From Thalia democratica (Eukaryota), in NCBI GenBank assembly GCA_965202585.1, contig OZ241827.1:46500001-46564000 (forward strand): 64,000 bases of DNA. The letters run 5' to 3'. The first letter of the stretch is position 1. Every line of letters begins with the position of its first letter. Positions 34,538 through 48,800 of this stretch are shown here, in pieces. Both the position numbers and the translations under genes were made by a program. The notes below the pieces were generated by a model, which did not search any database, was not told the origin of the DNA, and saw nothing but the letters and a program-made list of their open reading frames with translations.

Positions 34538-36477
34538 TATACAAACCAGTTTACGATTACTCATTAACTGTTCTAAAACAACTAATACCTAAAAATAATC
34601 AGTATTTTTGACTATATATTGATATTGAAAAGTAACTTGTAAGTAAATACTTTATTGACATACGGCGTTATACTGCTCATAAAGTTCGAACAGCACTATG
34701 GAGTTTTGAAAAAATTCTGTTTATGTATTAGGTGTTTTACTTTATAATCAAAAAGTACTATAATATTTCCCTTTACTTTAATTTCAGTCTTTTCTATAAA
34801 AAATATTGTAATAGAAATTCCTAATCAAAAAATTATTACAACACACTATTTATAATAAAATTGTTAAACGTTTTAATAAAGCTATGCACTCAAAAAAAGT
34901 GTTTATCAACTTTTATAGTAATAAATCAAAATTATATTTCTATTTATTTTATAAAAGCATTTTTTACTGAAGTCTTTAATCGGAATAAGAAAAACTTTCT
35001 AAAGTATGTTTAAAAATTTTTTAAATAGAACTTCTATTTTATGTTTTTATAAAAAACAAGTACATAGTTACAATACATACTTTAAATTTAACAAATAAAC
35101 TACTATTTACTAAACTACTGTTTTGCACTTTTTGATTTTTCATTAAAATATTTGAAGATTTAAATGTTTATTGATTCTTAACTCTTACATACTACTATTT
35201 TTTATTGACCTACAACTAAGACTTTATTCTTATTCTACTAAACTAAAATTTAAGTGATCAAATACTTTTTTACAAAATATCAAGGTTTTAGACGTTACTA
35301 ACTCTTAATAAATTTATATAGTTTTTATATTTTCGTTTGGTTTAGAGCTGTTATACTTTTTTATAACAAAAGTATTATCAAGGATATTTCAACAAAAATT
35401 TAACATCAACACTTAAAAAATTAGTTTACTATTACTTAGCTTTAGCAATTATACTGTACGTAAAGATTGTACTTATTTTATTGATTTAAACGAAGTTAAC
35501 AAAAATAATTTACATGCATCTTGGTATTTTAATAAACAGATCAATGAATTTTTTTGAAAACAGAATATAAAATTACAATGTCTTTTTTTGTTGATGAAAA
35601 AAATGTTTAGTTTTATTAAACTTGTGTAGAAATAAGATTCTTTTTTGTAGTTTAGAACGTAAAATTGTGAAAATTTAATATGTTTACTGTACTGTATAAC
35701 TTCTATTTGTAGTTTTTCCTTTTCTCTTCTGAAAAAATTTAAAATTAATTAAGATAAAATTAAATATTCAGAAAAAGCTTTCTAATAAACCTAAGACTAA
35801 ATAATTTAAAAAATAAACATTGAAATGTTTTAAGACTATTTAGCCTTTAAAATTAAACGTAAAACATGTGATGCAATAAAAAAATATGAATTCTATTTAT
35901 TTAAATACTCGAAAACACTTGTTTAGCTTGTTTTTAAAATTTTAGAGAAAAAATTATTATCAGTTTGATTTTACAGTTGAACTAAATTAAAAATATCAGA
36001 TTTGAATAATGGTGTTTTCTCAATAATTTCTCACGTATATTATTTTAAAAAGTATATTTTTAGAACGACTTAAACTGTGATGAGACGTTTTTTAAAAAAC
36101 TAACGTAATGAAAGTAACTGTAACAACGGTGATCGTTCTAAAATTACTAAAAAAACCATATAACTGATTCTAAACAGAACTTATTATAAATTAAATGAAC
36201 GTTTTAATAAAATGAACAAAATTTTTAAAGTCAATATTTTAATATTAATTAACGATTTATTGCTCAACTAAAAAAAAGGTATTAATTTTGTTTCGTTAAT
36301 AGTTATTGTAACACCAGTCATTTGATATTTAACAATTAAGTAAAATTTAACAGTAGAAAAAAGACTAAATGCCGCACTAGTACTTTAAGAGAAAATACTT
36401 TTATCTTATTTACACCTGATAAACATTTTAGATCCATAGAAACATTAATAATGCATATATATTTTTCACATGCTTAC

Positions 36478-39400
36478 CCAGTAAAAAACTGATCCTATTA
36501 CCAAGAGAACAACTCCTAGTACAATTGAAACTGAAACACCAACTTCGACTTTTCCTTGTTTTGCTATTTTACTCGTTTTGTCGTTTGTATTCAAACTATC
36601 CTCACAAGTTCTTTCCGTAATTGCTGATGTTTTGTTTGATTTAATGTTGACCGATAGATTTATTTTTATGCTATCTGACAAATAACGCACGTCATCATAA
36701 ACCTGATAGAATTATTTTTATTTAGATAAATACATGCAGTGGTAGACATGAACTAAAAATATAGAATTGTATTCGCTTTTTAAGCTATTTGATGTTTTAT
36801 AGCCTCTTGTAAGCATCTAAAAAAAACGAACTATGTTGTACGAAAAACTCATAAAATTATTTATTTTTACTAATACACTAACTAAAACTGTTAAGCTGTT
36901 AAGACAAATGTCACTGCTTGTTAAATACTTCCGAACATGTGGACTTAATGTAAGTTTGCCTGTTTGCGAGTTTAAATCAAGGTATTGTGAAAGTAAATTA
37001 TACTTGTTTACTTCATCTATGTCCCACATGTAGAAGTTCTTCTTTTTGTTGAAATTATTTTGGTATTTACTCTGTAGTTAAGAGTTTGTTTTAAAAGCTA
37101 ACTCTAGTAATTTTAGAAGATACGTTAAGCATATTTTTTAAAAGCTTGGCTCTTATTTATATAAGTACCTTATTTAATTGACTAACCTTTGTAAATAATA
37201 AAAAAAAACTACAAATGTACTAACTGCTAACAAATTAACTAACTTTAGTTTTTACTGTTTTGAAAATGCTAACAAGTAATCAATTATTTAACACATTGTA
37301 TACATGATAGTTTATTCAAGTACAAAAGCTTTATTAATTTTTTTGGAATTGATTATGTTTCATTATGTTTTTATAAAATAACTAAAACATACCAAAAATT
37401 TCAGCAACTAAATGATTTTATATTTTTTAACATTATTTTTAGTTTTGCTGTAGAAACTTTGTATATAAACAAACTAATTTATTAAAGTTACTAAACATTT
37501 TAAACGTGTATAAGAGGTATTTATATACAATATTTAAAAACAAATTAATTAATTTTACATTTATTAAATTCATAATACGCAAAACAAACTTTGAATTTAG
37601 CGACAAGCTGGTTCGGTTTCGCAACAACTTCAATGTTGGTTTGCATTTCATTCGGGTAGTAAAAAATGTAGGAGGTTTCCATTTCGAAGACTTTAAAAAT
37701 TACTTCAATACTATTCAGTTTTAAAGATTTGACATCAGGCTCATTTGTTGCAGTTATTGTAAGCTATTATTAGTATTTCTTATATAATGCATTTCCATAA
37801 GACAATTTACCAAAGTTATTTCGTAAACATAAATGTACAATTAAATGTCAAAGCTAATAAATTTTAATTTGTAAATCATGAATTTCAATTTAACTTTCTT
37901 AGAGAAAAATGGTTTTATTATCAAACAAGTCTAGTTTGACTTTTTTTTACTATGGTATAGAGTAAAAAACTATAACTATTAGCTTTTCTTAAACTGTAAT
38001 TATGATAGTTTTAGCTTATGATACAAAGTTTTAGTTGTAAAAAATCAATTTTACAAACTACGTGAAGTAAGAAATAAAATGTCTTTTTAGTAAGTAACCA
38101 AAATAAGTTTTAGTTTTATAGTTTAAATTGAAAAGCTGACAACTTGTATCAGATTAAATAAAATCATTTCATTTTTTAGTACACCAACGAATTTTTTTTT
38201 TAAGTGTTTATAATAATTGATCTTTAAAAACATACCCGATGTTCTTGATAACTGTCAAGTTCTTTTATAAGGTAAATAAACCCTCTATTTTTGTCAACAC
38301 TAAAGTACTTGGTTTTACTGGCTATGCTATAGTATATCTAAAAATTAATAAAATATGTTTATCAGTAAACTTTATTTAAAGTTAATCAGGTACAACTTCT
38401 AATTTATCAAATGAATAATTTTTATCAATCTGAAATTAATTTACCTCCTTTCTGCCTGCCCATTTTACTATTGCACCTACTGAGCCAACAATTTTTCCTA
38501 TTTTAACTTTTCGGTCCAATTGAATTATTTTATATTTTTTCCCAAATACTGGCAAGGTTAAAGACCGGTCAAAAGTTTGAATAAACACTCTTTTACTTTT
38601 GCATCTGAATTTTTTGAAGTTTTATAATTTTCTTAAAAAATTATACAACTTGTAAAAACATCAAACCAAGTTTTATGTATACATTTAGTTTTTAATTATT
38701 TCTGGTAATTTAATTTTGATACAACTTTTATCTAAAAGGTTTAGATTGAGCGTAAAAATCTATATTATCGTATAAAAGAAAAAATAGTAGAATTTTACAA
38801 GTTTAAAAATCATTCTTGTACTAAATTAAAAGTTTTACTCAAAAAGAAGTTTAAAAAACACGTATTACAATTTTTTTAATTTTTTAAGGTTATTAGTGTA
38901 AAAAAAAAGTTTGTTAAATTTAATAAAAATGTATAAGTTGGTATTACAAAAATATAACAACATGTTGATACCTAATACTTTCTCCATAGCAAGCAGTTAC
39001 TTCAAATTCCCATTTAAATTTACCTTCAAATGAAAAATCTTCATCGCTTACTATTGAAAAATCATCGTTGCCAACTTTCTTTAACACAAATGGTAGATAA
39101 AAGGAATAACCTAGACTGTGTATCGACAAAGTTCTTAATTTGACACCTTCTGTGTGCACTAAAACCTTTACTAAAGTTTTAGACTGTTTAGCATCTCCAT
39201 CAGCGTGCATCGGTGCTAGAACTAAAATTTCAACATTTTTATTAATTTAACTTTGAAATTAAAAAATCACATTTAAAATGATCGAGTAAAAATAGACTAA
39301 TTTGTATTTTTATAAATAAGACTACTAAAAAACTATAAAGTAGTCGAATTGTCTGCTATTGTAAACACTTTATTAGTTATTTAAAATAAACACAACATAT

Positions 39401-42400
39401 TTCTCACAAGTTCCATCATTTCCATAACCATATACAGGATCAAAAACGAAGTCAGAAACTAGAACTTCATAATTTATGTTTAAATTCCATGCCACCGACA
39501 TTTCAACAATGGTTTTGTGGACATTGTATGGACCATTATCTTGGACAAATACCATGCCTCTTTATGGAAATACAATTATAAAAAAGAAGTTAAGATTTAA
39601 CTAAAAAATATAGATTAGAATACATTGTGTTGAAGTTATTTTTGTTCGTACAACTTTTTAGCAACGAATTAATCTACTGAGTTTAAACTTTTGTACCGCA
39701 TCTATTTAACTTAAATTTAGAACAACAAAACTACATATGATTTTTTTATTCTTTTTTACTTCTATCTTTTTACCATAGTTGCCATAATGGCTACAAGCAT
39801 AAATCCAAATAATACTTTTAATAATTTTTATAAATGTGAGAATTTTACAAATAGCGGAAACTCTTATCTGTATTTGCTTTACAAAGTCTTTTAAAGTTAC
39901 ACTTCAAAAAAAATGTTGTTAAGTAAAATAAGTTTATACAAAGCGTCTTAACTTAAAAGGATGTATGTTTTTTTAAGCAGTATTTTAGTAGAAGTACAAT
40001 TTGACTATGTAGATATTTTTTTTAATTAAAAAGGGTGAAAAACTAAGTGAGTACCAAAGTTTTACCTTACTGTACTCTTAGGATACTTTCTACCATCAAA
40101 TTTTTTCAAAGCATATGGCTCATACACATCTTTCTTAAGAACTACATGTCCACTAATTGCACCGACGTCGATCAATGTAAAGAGATCATTGTTTTTAGAT
40201 GGTAGCTGAAAGTAAAAGTTGTCGTATGGTTCGGGATCGTTGTCTGACATATAGATAGTTGTTAGGTTGTCGCCGGCTTTCGCGTTTGATGCCAACAGTA
40301 CATCCATGTCATCCTGTAAACACAAGTCTAGTTATTATAAAAGCATGTAAAAATTATAATGAAAGTAAAGTTTTATTTTAATTATCAAAAACAAATTAGA
40401 TCATAATTTCAGATTATTTGTTTGGATAGTTTTGGAGATGCTCTTGCGTAATTATTTTATTTTATTTATATTCAACTTTCTTAAAAAACTAGTTGCAAAA
40501 AAAAATTTATTAGAACTTTCACTACTTTAAATTAAAGAAATTAAGTTAAATTTATTTTTAATAATACCAGCACTATAAGTAACTTTAACAAATAAATTTG
40601 TTGTCAAACACCTAAAATTAAATGAAAATTTTCAAAATACTTGAACTTTTTGAACAGGGGTTTTGTATGGTTTAACTTATACTATTTTTTTATTTATAAA
40701 CAAACTTTGTTTACAAGATCAGGAAACCAAAGATTTGATTGTAAGTTTGCTGTTATTTTACACACTCCAAATTTGTCAAGTTCGTTTATAAATGTCATAT
40801 TGAAAGATATTGAGTCATATTCAGAACTTTCTAATAAAATTTAGGTTGATTTTAAATAAAAAGTTAGGCAAATTTTATATAGTTTTGAAAAAAAAAAAAA
40901 CTTGTTATATTGTTTAGTACACTCACCTACTGGCTTTAGAAGAACTAGTTTGAAATTTCTTTCATCAATCTTTTGTACTTCAAAGTATTTTTGCTTTGGG
41001 TTTAAGAAAGATCTGAGGTTCTTAAAGTCACCTTTAGTTTGTTACTACTTTTTGTTTGTTAAACAGTACAAAAGTTTTATGAAAAATAGTTTATATTAAC
41101 TATTAGGTTTACAAAATAATTAATAATTATGAGTAAAAAAGAAAAGCTATAATATCCTTTTCGTCTAAATTACACACCAACAAAAACGTTATCAATTTTT
41201 AAACTAATCTCAATAACATTTTCTGTATTTAGAAACTATAGCAATGTTTTTTCACAATTTTTCACAATTTTTACAAATTTATAGATCTACAGAGTTTATA
41301 AACTTTTTGAAACTCGTAAAACCGTCTTGTTTTAATAACCAGAAAACGTCGTAATATTTTTTTTTACTTATTAAAACACTTGCAGTGCACAATAAACAAT
41401 CACTACTTAAACTATAACGTAAAGTAAAACTATACAACATTAAAAAAAATAATCATGAATACATATTTTGTTTAATAGATGTTTTATTCAAATAGCTACT
41501 TACTAAAAACAATACTTTAAAAGTTAAAATTGATAATATAAACCTTACAAAGTAATCATTCTTTTTTTTTTAACCTTATTTATAACCTCAAAACTTGTTT
41601 TTTTGTTAAAATTAAATTGTTTTGTGAAAGCAAGTATAAGCAACATACTTGATTTTTTAAATCTTATTACTTACCCACGCGTTTATTAAAAATAAGTTTC
41701 TATAATAAGTTATCTGTTATAAATACAAAAGCTTATTTAAAATCTTTGTATTAAGTTTGGTTTTTTTAAATAAAATACCTTTATATATGTTAAAAACTTA
41801 AAATATTAATATTCAATTTACAGAAAAATAAAAACAGTGTAAAATATGATAAGCGTTTGTTGTTTGAACTACTATAAAATTAAAAAGTGCATTTATGGCA
41901 TTAGTTTACACTATTCATATTAAATAATATTTTACTTAAACAGTTTAATTAATTAAAAAATAGTAATTTAACGTTAAAGTTTTAAAAAATATGTAACTGC
42001 TAATCAAAATGAAATATTTAAAATAGATGAGTTTTGTTTTGTAAGGTCTCTAGTTGTTATTTTATTCTTGTGTAAAATGTATAATACAAACAAATGCAAT
42101 GAATCTAGTTTTGTATCAACTTTACCTTCAATAGTGAACTGTTGGTTAATAGAAGAAGGTGGATCTGTGACATAAAAACTAAAATAATGATTGCCATTTT
42201 CACAGTTTTTAATTTTTAGAACATCTTTTGGTTGTAAATGCTTTATTTGAAGAATATATTTGTTTTTGTTTGTTTTTATCTAAAAAAAGAATTTTTTAGG
42301 GGAAATAAATTAATAATATGTACATAAAAATTTAAACATAATGTAAGCATTTTGATATTTTTTCTAACTAATTAAACTATATTAAGAACCTCAGTAATCA

Positions 42401-43564
42401 ACACGCAATCGTCACTAGTTGATGGACATTGTAAGTTGAAGTCAAACTGGTTTGTAACTACTAGCAACGAAGATTCGTCTAAAATTCGATTTTTCTTGAC
42501 AGAAACTACTTTTAAAAACGTTGACTCAACTACTTGATTGTCAACTAATGCATACTGACAAAAGCTCAAGATTTCTTTGTGCTCTTCAAACTCAAAAACT
42601 TCGTAAATTCTGCCCAAATGATAGCCTAAATACATCTTAAAATTAGTTTTTTAGAAATTTTTAAAATTATAAGGTTTTATACTAAAATTTGTATACAAAC
42701 TATATAGTATTGAACTAAAGTTCCAGCTAATACTATAATTTATTGAATACAAAAAAGAAGTTTAGACAGATTTAAAAACTTCTTTAACTACAACTTTTTG
42801 AAATTTCAAAATCGACAATGGTTGCATTTTTAAAACAAAAACTTTTCTTATAACATACCAAACTTACAATTTTTCCCAACAGATAACTAAACTACAATTT
42901 TTAAACAACTTAAAGGTTACAAATTGTATAAAGAACAACAGTTTTGTGTTTGCTAAAGTAAAAACCTCACATACAATTTGCAAAAGTTTTATTTGCAATT
43001 TATAAAAGTTTTAAAGGAATGTTCCCACGATAACTCAATTTTTATTTACTATGTTATACTTCAATAAACTTAAGGAAAAACTTTTATAAAATTGTTAATA
43101 AAATCAACTAATAAAATTTTATAAAAAAAATTTTAAATTTTTTAACATAGTTTTGTGCTACTATAATTGATAATGACAAACTACTAAACTTACGGTATTC
43201 AGCAATAACTCAACTTTTTTACCAATTTTTTTTTGTATTTTTGTTAGTTTTTGTATTTTTACATTTTTTTGGCGCAACCGTTAATAAAAGTAAATAGTAC
43301 TTAGATATTTTAGAATAACACTTTTTATGCTCTATAGTATTTGTTGTGTTTTTTTTAATTTTAATCTATAAAAAAAAATTAAAACTTACCTCCGACAAAA
43401 TTTTTGAAGTCTAGCTCTTTATTTACAAGTATATTGTTGTTATTGTTTAATATGTATCTCGATATGTCATTTTCACATTGTTTTAATCCTTTTAAAGGGA
43501 TGATTAGTAAAAACAAAAAATTAAAAGTAAAAACTAAGTTTCTGTAGCCTCCAAATAAATTCAT
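36478..43564 (-). CDS. Type I membrane protein with signal peptide, several divergent cadherin-like repeats and a TM helix; cytoplasmic tail undefined or very short
   Basis: 13 phase-compatible GT-AG exons: 43564-43390, 42625-42390, 42279-42126, 41031-40927, 40830-40706, 40313-40066, 39559-39408, 39221-38948, 38604-38445, 38337-38236, 37763-37590, 37071-36883, 36702-36478 = 2319 nt, 773 codons with no stop. Cadherin-like segments: NAKAGDNLTTIYMSDNDPEPYDNF, IYYSIASKTKYFSVDKNRGFIYLIKELD, YLDLNSQTGKLTL. TM: VGVSVSIVLGVVLLVIGSVFYW. Confidence 0.8.
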
Positions 43565-44719
43565 TTCTTTTTAAATAGGCAAAACTGTTAAACAAATAAA
43601 AAAAATGTTTTAAAAATAAATATTCATTGTTTAAGTTACTTACTAATTAATAACAGTTTATTTCAATAAAGTATTTTGGGTAAAAAATTCTAAACATTGC
43701 TAGCTACAAACATGTTTAAAATTAAAAATAATTATGTTTTCTTCAACATATGTAGAATAGAAAATAAAATTTTTTAAACAAAAATTTTCAAAATGTATAT
43801 ACAAAATTAATACTTATAATTATACAAAAGAAATGTTATAAAATAACTATTCTATTTTGTTTCGGTATTTTTTCGTAAAAGATAGCACTTGTACAAATTT
43901 TTTTAGTTTTTGATAACACTTTTTACTTAAATATATATATAAGTGTTAGTAACACTGTGTTACTATAAACTTAAAAAAAAAAAAATTCAATGGGTTGATA
44001 CAAGTTATTATTAACAATATTGTTTAAACATGCTAAAAACTTAATATTCATATTTATAAACTTAATTCTTAAGTAAATATTTGAAAAACTTTTGACAGAA
44101 TTATCAGAAAAAAAAAGTCATTTCTTTAATATTTGCTGATAGTTGTATCTAAAAATTAATAATACTACAAAAAATAAATTTCAATGTGTTTTTGCATTAA
44201 TAAAACTTAAAAAACATAAAAACTTTTTTTTTTCAGTAAGTTGACAGATATAACTAAAAGACTTTACTTATAGATTTTTTAATCTTTTTTTGAGATTAAT
44301 AAATAAAACTTTAAATATAATTGAAAGAAATAAAAGCATTGATTTCAGAAATAACTAATGCTTTTTAAAAGTGTTTAGCTTTTCTCTGCAGCTTATATCT
44401 GAGTTATTTTAAAATTACTTTTTTTTTATGTAAACTGTTATCACTTAAAAATACCATTACGCTTAAAACCTCACATAAGTTTAAGTATACTATTAAAAAA
44501 TATATATGTTTTAAAACTTTTAAAAACTTATTTTTGGTAGCCATTCATTTAAAAACGTTAAAAAATGATAAATTATATTTAAAATTGAAATAAATAAACT
44601 AAGACTAAAGTACTTAACTGGTAATTTTGTTATTCATAAACAAAAAAGCTTTAGTATGTTTTTAAAGTGCTTCATCTATTGAAAATATAATGTAAGAACA
44701 TTAAAATATATATATACAT

Positions 44720-45880
44720 ACACGACTAAATCAAAAGTTTTATAGAGTTTATTTCTTTACAATTGTTTCATGCTTTCGCAGTAATCATAAGTTAACAAGT
44801 GACAATAGACATTTGATATATATAATATTAGCATAGTAATTAGTTAATTAACTAGTCAATTAAGTATTTTTAAGTAGAATTAAAGATTACAGAGTGGGTT
44901 TAGCAGTTAAATCTGAAATAAAAAGCTAGCAACTTATTATCATCAACGTATAAAACAAAGGACAACAAAAGATAAAGTACAATAAACTAGAATATGAAAC
45001 AAATTACACAACTACGTATAAAAGCATAGTTAGGGAAATTCAAAAATTAATTTTAATTATAGAGTTTGACATATAAGACTTTAAATAATATTTTGTAAAA
45101 TGTCTGCGTTTTCTTACCAGTTTAGATATCAGATTTAGTGGATTTTTCTGTCTGCAAATAAAATTTCAAGTCTTTCTAGATTGAGGAAAGTGCATATTTT
45201 ACCAGAATTATTTTGGTTTGTGTAGTGAAGAATTTCCCATCTTATAAGTTTTTCCCAATTTATACTTTCATCTTTGATTTTGTTGATAAATCTGCTAAAC
45301 CTTGTAATTTTTTTCTTTTATTTATTCCTAAAGGATTGCATGTGTTCATAGAATCTTTGATCAAACTGTTTACCTGTGGACCCGATATATATAGTTTCCT
45401 TATTTTTATATTCTATAGTAACTATATAAATCACTCCTTTGGCATTTTCCATTAAGTTGACAGTTAATTTTTGATCTGCGATTGCAGAATTGTTAGTCAT
45501 CGTCCGTTGTTTTATATGAATTTTGAAGAACTTGTTGATTATGTTTTGATATTTCTCTTTCCAGATTAGGCATACAAGAATATGAGATTTTAATAGTTTT
45601 TTTATTGATTATAGGTCCATAGAACCCTGATTTTGGGAAGTGCTTAATTTTCAACTTAAGGAACTCCCTTTCTATGTTTGTTTTTATAGAATCGATGAAG
45701 GGCGGGTTAAAATATAATACATTTTTTTTCTTTTATCTGCTACAGCGGTGTCCATGACATACGATAATGGGGTTTTAAAACCTTTTTTTAGGCATTTTCA
45801 TAGGGAATTTTAAATTTGTCAAAAACCTCTTGAGTTTTGGATAAAGTTGATGGTCGTTATATGTGTATATACATAAAATA
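44720..45880 (-). mobile_element. Older PLE of the same broad clade as the palindromic element (thumb/linker + GIY-YIG + 3' UTR)
   Basis: Relic translation RPSTLSKTQEVFDKFKIPYENA, LYFNPPFIDSIKTNIEREF, IKISYSCMPNLEREISKHNQQ, GVIYIVTIEY...YIGSTGKQFDQRFYEH, is homologous to VIWYNPPFSNSVKTNIGRKF / ISYSCTANLENIIKAHNQ. It ends at a (TA)-rich tail near 44705-44722 and may extend to about 46400. Confidence 0.75.
44755..44791 (-). ncRNA. Decayed hammerhead ribozyme relic
   Basis: CUU [I] aUGAUuA c-UGC-gaaa-GCA-u [II] GAAA CAAUUG U A | AAG [I']. Two core substitutions, palindromic ACAAUUGU stem III, and the same position relative to the PLE tail as at 10776. Confidence 0.5.
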
Positions 45881-48800
45881 AACAAAAACTCGGATTTTGT
45901 TAAGGTCTGTTAGCTGTGCTACTTTCAATCGTACCTTTTTTGCAAAAGAACAGTAAAGTCATTAATTATTTAAATCTTGGTAATTCTATAACAATTTAAT
46001 GTGTTGTTCTAAAAAAGTGTTGTATATTTCTTAACTAATATAGAACGGTTTCTTTTTTTTTCTAAATAAAATCGCACTACTAAAAAAGCCTTTTTGTTTA
46101 AAGAAATATCTTTACATTTTTTAAGTAAAATTTATCTTTTGTTCGAAATGAATACTTCAGTTCTAGTGTACTAAATCCGCTTAAACAGCTGTTCTTCGCG
46201 ACTGTTTCTGCCCGAATAAGGCTTAATAAAGATAAAACCGATCTTATACTTTCTAAAAAAGTGTTGTTAATGTTCCTGCGGTACAATTTAGTGTATTTAT
46301 TTTTTGTATAAAGGTTAAAACATCTTAGTCTTCTAAAGTTAACAGAAAAACTGTCATTAGTTAAAAAGTTTTTAGTCACACTTTTTTCTAACTTATTACT
46401 AGTAATCCTCCGGATCTGGGTTTCCGACTTTTTTGCAAAGATCTAGATTCTTGTTTCAAAAATGTTTCAAGATGTGGTCAGATCCAATCAATTGAAAAGA
46501 ACAATGTTCATTTTTTTGTAAAAACAAAGCGTCTATAGTTTAATAAATAATAACAGTAGTACTAAATTTGTAGCAAAAAGTTCCCCAAAAAGATACAAGT
46601 AAACCATCAAGCATAAGCAAATTCACGGTTAAAAATACTTCTACAAATTTAAGTTGATGTTTGCTGCATATTTACAAAAACCTACAAGTCTTTTTTTGTT
46701 TCAATCGGAAAACATTTTTAAAAAAATTCAAGTTTTTTTTTGTAATTTAAACTTTATTTCTATATACTTTCATGATTCACATAAATACAAGCTATTTATT
46801 GATTTACCCTTAAGAATTTTACTTCCTTCTGTTAATGACAAACCAATTTTATTTTACTGTTTTAAATTTCAATGATTAATTTTCTTATGTCAATAAGTTA
46901 TTGAATACTTTTTTATTTTCTTTAACACAGCCAGCCTTCTTCTTAAGTAGATGGGCAACCTTTTGTACATAACAGGCTAGATATGATCAACATAGACTTT
47001 CGCGGGCCATGTTAAGTTTGTAAAATTTTACTAAAAAAGAGCTTTTAATTTTTTCCCTTTCATCAAATTAAGCAATGTAATCCACCACAGTTTTTTTTCA
47101 GTTTATTTAATATTAAACTTCTATATTTTACTTAAAAAGTTGTCTATCAAATTATTTATTTTGGATAGTTTTTTTTTTAATTAAAAGCTTTGTCACAGAC
47201 TGATTCTACCCAAAGGTCGTATGATGTCCAAATATATTCTAAAACTTAATTTAATGAACTAAAAATAAAATATACCAGAAACAGTTAATATAATTTGTAT
47301 TATTATTATTTAGAATATATTTATAGAAAAGAGATGGATAACTAACTTTCTGCAGGTCGGACCAAAGTTTCGGTTGGCGACGTACTTTTCATCTTTTGTA
47401 AAACAAATAAAGTTTAGCTTTTTCAAAAAAACTGTTTTTAAATACATTGTTTGTTTAATATAATTTTCTTTTAAACAATGCTAACTGAAAAACCGTTTCT
47501 ATATAGCTTTGTTTTAAATATTTTTTGAACTACTGGTAGCACGATTTTCCAAAACCACGCGGTCCGCTAATATTTATTTATTGATACCTCCAACATGCGA
47601 ACCCGATCGAAATTTGACCGGTCGGCTAGAAAAGCTGCCTACCTATGTTACAACTTTTAATCTTTTAATAAGTTAAAATTTGAAATTTGGTTAAGTATTT
47701 ATAGTTTTGAACTATTTAAATTATCTGGATACGGATTCGAACGGATCTTGATTTGAAAAAATAAGGATCCGACTCGATTCTAACTAGTAGATCCGATATA
47801 TCACTTGTAACCAAAACAATATATCACGTTTCAGGTAGTTTTTGTAACTTTAAAAATAATTGTTATTTTTTTCTTAAGTAATAGTGGTTTTTTTGATATC
47901 TATAACAAAAATATAAATAAGCCAATCCTAGAATGTTTTAGCTAACACTTTAACTAATAAAAATACTTTTACGTACACTTTTAAACTTTTTTTTAAACCT
48001 CATTTGGATATATTTTACTTTTATAGACCAGGGTTTTGCAGCCTTTTATTAGTCGATAACTAATTTCTCTACAAAAACTTTCGCGTGGAGCGCACTTTTT
48101 ACAAAAATATTTTTACGTACCACCACAGTTATTTGAAACAATTGTTCAAATAAAAATGCCAACACTATTTTAAAGACCAAATGTGATAACATTTGCATTA
48201 GTTAAACACTAGTAATGACTAATTATTAAATTAGAAGCCTAAGTGTAAGTTTTTAACACAAAAGTTTTTTAATCATTTTGAAAAGTTATTCTTATAGCTG
48301 ATAACTACACCGCAGGCCACAGTTTCCTGACTCCTATTTTGTATATTAATTATAAACACAAAACGGTTTAACTTTTATATCCATGAGTTTTCAAGCAAAA
48401 CAATCATAAGCAACTTTTTAAAATCAGTAATCAAGAACAACTACAAAAAAACTAAAAGACTGATATAGTCCTAAAAATACTTATAAACTATGTAAGTCAT
48501 CTTCCAAAAAGCTTAAACTTAATTTTATATCAAAAAAATATATAAACTTGTTTTAATTAAGTAAGACACAGTCTAACAGTGATAAAGTGAGTTCTCACTT
48601 TTAATTAGAATTTTATTTAAGTTTATTTAGGAAACCTTAATATTAAAATACTTAGCAGTTTTAACTTTTAAAACTTGTACCATGTTTTAAAAGCATTTAG
48701 GTCGTTTCAGATACTTAGTCACAATCTTAAACTCAAAAATAAATAAACTCTTCAACATTTTAAAATATGTATTATAGTTGTTTTATAGTTATTTCACAAG

